Assembly (NCBI GenBank): GCA_964559045.1 | Contig: CAZLFW010000013.1 | Location: 1-16,591 of the forward strand | DNA length: 16,591 bases | Source: an uncultured bacterium | GTDB lineage: Bacteria; DYJV01 | Direction: 5' to 3' | In this document: positions 15,641 through 16,591 of the stretch, piece by piece | Layout: each line of letters starts with the position of its first letter | How positions within the stretch are numbered: the first letter of the stretch is position 1 | Made by a program: the position numbers and the translations under genes | Notes under the pieces: model-generated | What the model saw: only the letters and a program-made list of their open reading frames with translations | Told to the model about the DNA's origin: nothing | The model's database searches: none

Positions 15641-16357
15641 ATGGAGAAAGAGATTTTGGAAAAATTAATTGTTGAGGGAATCAGAAGGACAATAGCGCAT
15701 TACGGTATGTGGTTTGCGGAAACAGAGCATCAATTGGGTTTGAATATTGCTCTTGAAATAGAAAAAGAAGCAGGTGACGCCAGCTTTATTATTCAGATGA
15801 AAAGACTTTCGAAATTATTTGGGTTTGAAATAGATGAAAATGGTATCCCCAAGTCAATAAAAAATATGAGTAAAGAGGAATTGGAAAAAATTTTAACAGG
15901 TATTTCCGCCAATTGGCTTGCCAATGACGGTGTGTGGTTTCAAGCAATAGAACGAAAATTAGGAATGAACGATGCCAAAAGGTGCAATGATTCCTGCTGG
16001 ACAAGATTTTCACCTTACGAGGCTTCAAGAATTAAAAACTTTCTCGGTTTAGGCGACAATTCGGGATTGGAAGGAATGAAAAAAGCACTTGAATACAGAA
16101 TGTATAGTTTTATTAATAAACAGTCAATAGAGCAAGTTGATGAAAACACAATTGTTTTTAAAATGAATGATTGCAGGGTTCAATCAGCGAGAAAAAGGAA
16201 AGGTTTGGAAGATTATCCGTGCAAAACCGCAGGGATTGTCGAATATACATATTTTGCCCGTTCCATTGATTCAAGGATAAAAACAGAGTGTATCTGCTGC
16301 CCACCAGATGAACATCCCGACGAATATTTTTGCGCATGGAAATTTTTTATAGATTAA
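15641..16357 (+). CDS. Hypothetical protein with internal duplication and Cys-rich C-terminus (function unknown)
   Basis: 238 aa with GGAGGA 6 nt upstream. There are two copies of a ~30-aa motif (HYGMWFAETEHQLGLNIA and NDGVWFQAIERKLGMNDA). The C-terminal cysteine cluster is C-x7-C, then a gap, then CICC-x-PDEHPDEYFC. No confident family assignment from memory. Confidence 0.55.
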   Translation: MEKEILEKLIVEGIRRTIAHYGMWFAETEHQLGLNIALEIEKEAGDASFIIQMKRLSKLFGFEIDENGIPKSIKNMSKEELEKILTGISANWLANDGVWFQAIERKLGMNDAKRCNDSCWTRFSPYEASRIKNFLGLGDNSGLEGMKKALEYRMYSFINKQSIEQVDENTIVFKMNDCRVQSARKRKGLEDYPCKTAGIVEYTYFARSIDSRIKTECICCPPDEHPDEYFCAWKFFID

Positions 16358-16487
16358 TAGCCTGTTCTCGGTTTTCATACTCCCATACTTAATTACTCAA
16401 GTTTCGCACCTTTGATAGATAAGAATTTTCAAATTATATTCAATCATATGAGGTAATTCTTTAATTTTATCACAAAAAAATAGCTAC

Positions 16488-16591
16488 ATTCTATGGACAT
16501 TTGCGCGGCATTTCTATTGATATAGTATTTTTTTATTTAATATTAATGATTTATGGATTCTTCAGTCGCTATGCTCCTTTGAGAATGACCC
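16488..16591. repeat. Second copy (B) of the palindromic MITE-like element, truncated by window end
   Basis: CATTTGCGCGGCATTTCTATTGATATAGTATTTTTTTATTTAATATTAATGATTTATGGATTCTTCAGTCGCTATGCTCCTTTGAGAATGACCC aligns base-for-base with the reverse complement of copy A's right arm (A positions ~299-400), with several mismatches. Confidence 0.7.

Noticed and set aside
13439-16028. Minus-strand ORFs inside the acyl-CoA cassette (13439-13804, 15304-15606, 15789-16028) and plus-strand 14946-15134
   Set aside because: They overlap strongly supported plus-strand CDSs in other frames, and no homology is recognisable.
16358-16487. Intrinsic terminator or small ORF after the last cassette gene
   Set aside because: There is no GC-rich stem followed by a T-run. 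The only ORFs are under 20 codons. The region is probably spacer plus the flank of repeat copy B.
187-16591. The two palindromic copies as a CRISPR array or as the ends of a 16-kb composite transposon
   Set aside because: There are only two copies, they are long (>100 nt) and are 16 kb apart, which is not CRISPR-like. The intervening DNA is an essential, highly conserved core operon with no transposase, so mobility of the whole segment is implausible. They are better explained as dispersed MITE/REP-like repeats.

Overview
The window is AT-rich bacterial DNA; the protein composition is rich in K, E, I and N. It has three parts.

Part 1, bases 414-12391, is a conserved core. Thirteen co-directional minus-strand genes are tightly packed or overlapping and form one translation/RNA-metabolism supra-operon: rimP, nusA, a ylxR::L7Ae fusion, infB, a DUF503 gene, rbfA, nrnA, truB, rpsO, pnp, an SPFH (HflC-like) gene, a DUF2065 (YjeT-like) gene and queA. 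The gene order matches the classic nusA-infB and rpsO-pnp neighbourhoods.

Part 2 follows a ~290 bp divergent intergenic region at 12392-12682. It is a plus-strand, operon-like cassette of four genes at 12683-16357: a short-chain acyl-CoA dehydrogenase, a crotonase-fold enoyl-CoA hydratase, a FabH/KAS III-like condensing-enzyme homologue, and an unrecognised cysteine-rich protein. In the KAS III homologue the catalytic Cys is conserved, but the canonical His/Asn positions appear substituted. The cysteine-rich protein carries an internal duplication.

Part 3 is the two window edges. Each edge carries a copy of the same ~210 bp imperfect palindromic, MITE-like repeat. These lie at ~187-402 and at ~16488 to the window end, where the copy is truncated. 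Bases 1-127 on the minus strand encode the 5' end of a PF09820-type predicted AAA-ATPase.

I found no CRISPR array, rRNA or tRNA. The best candidate for something undescribed is the four-gene acyl-CoA cassette with its atypical KAS III homologue and duplicated Cys-rich partner. Secondary candidates are the paired palindromic element and the YlxR-L7Ae fusion.
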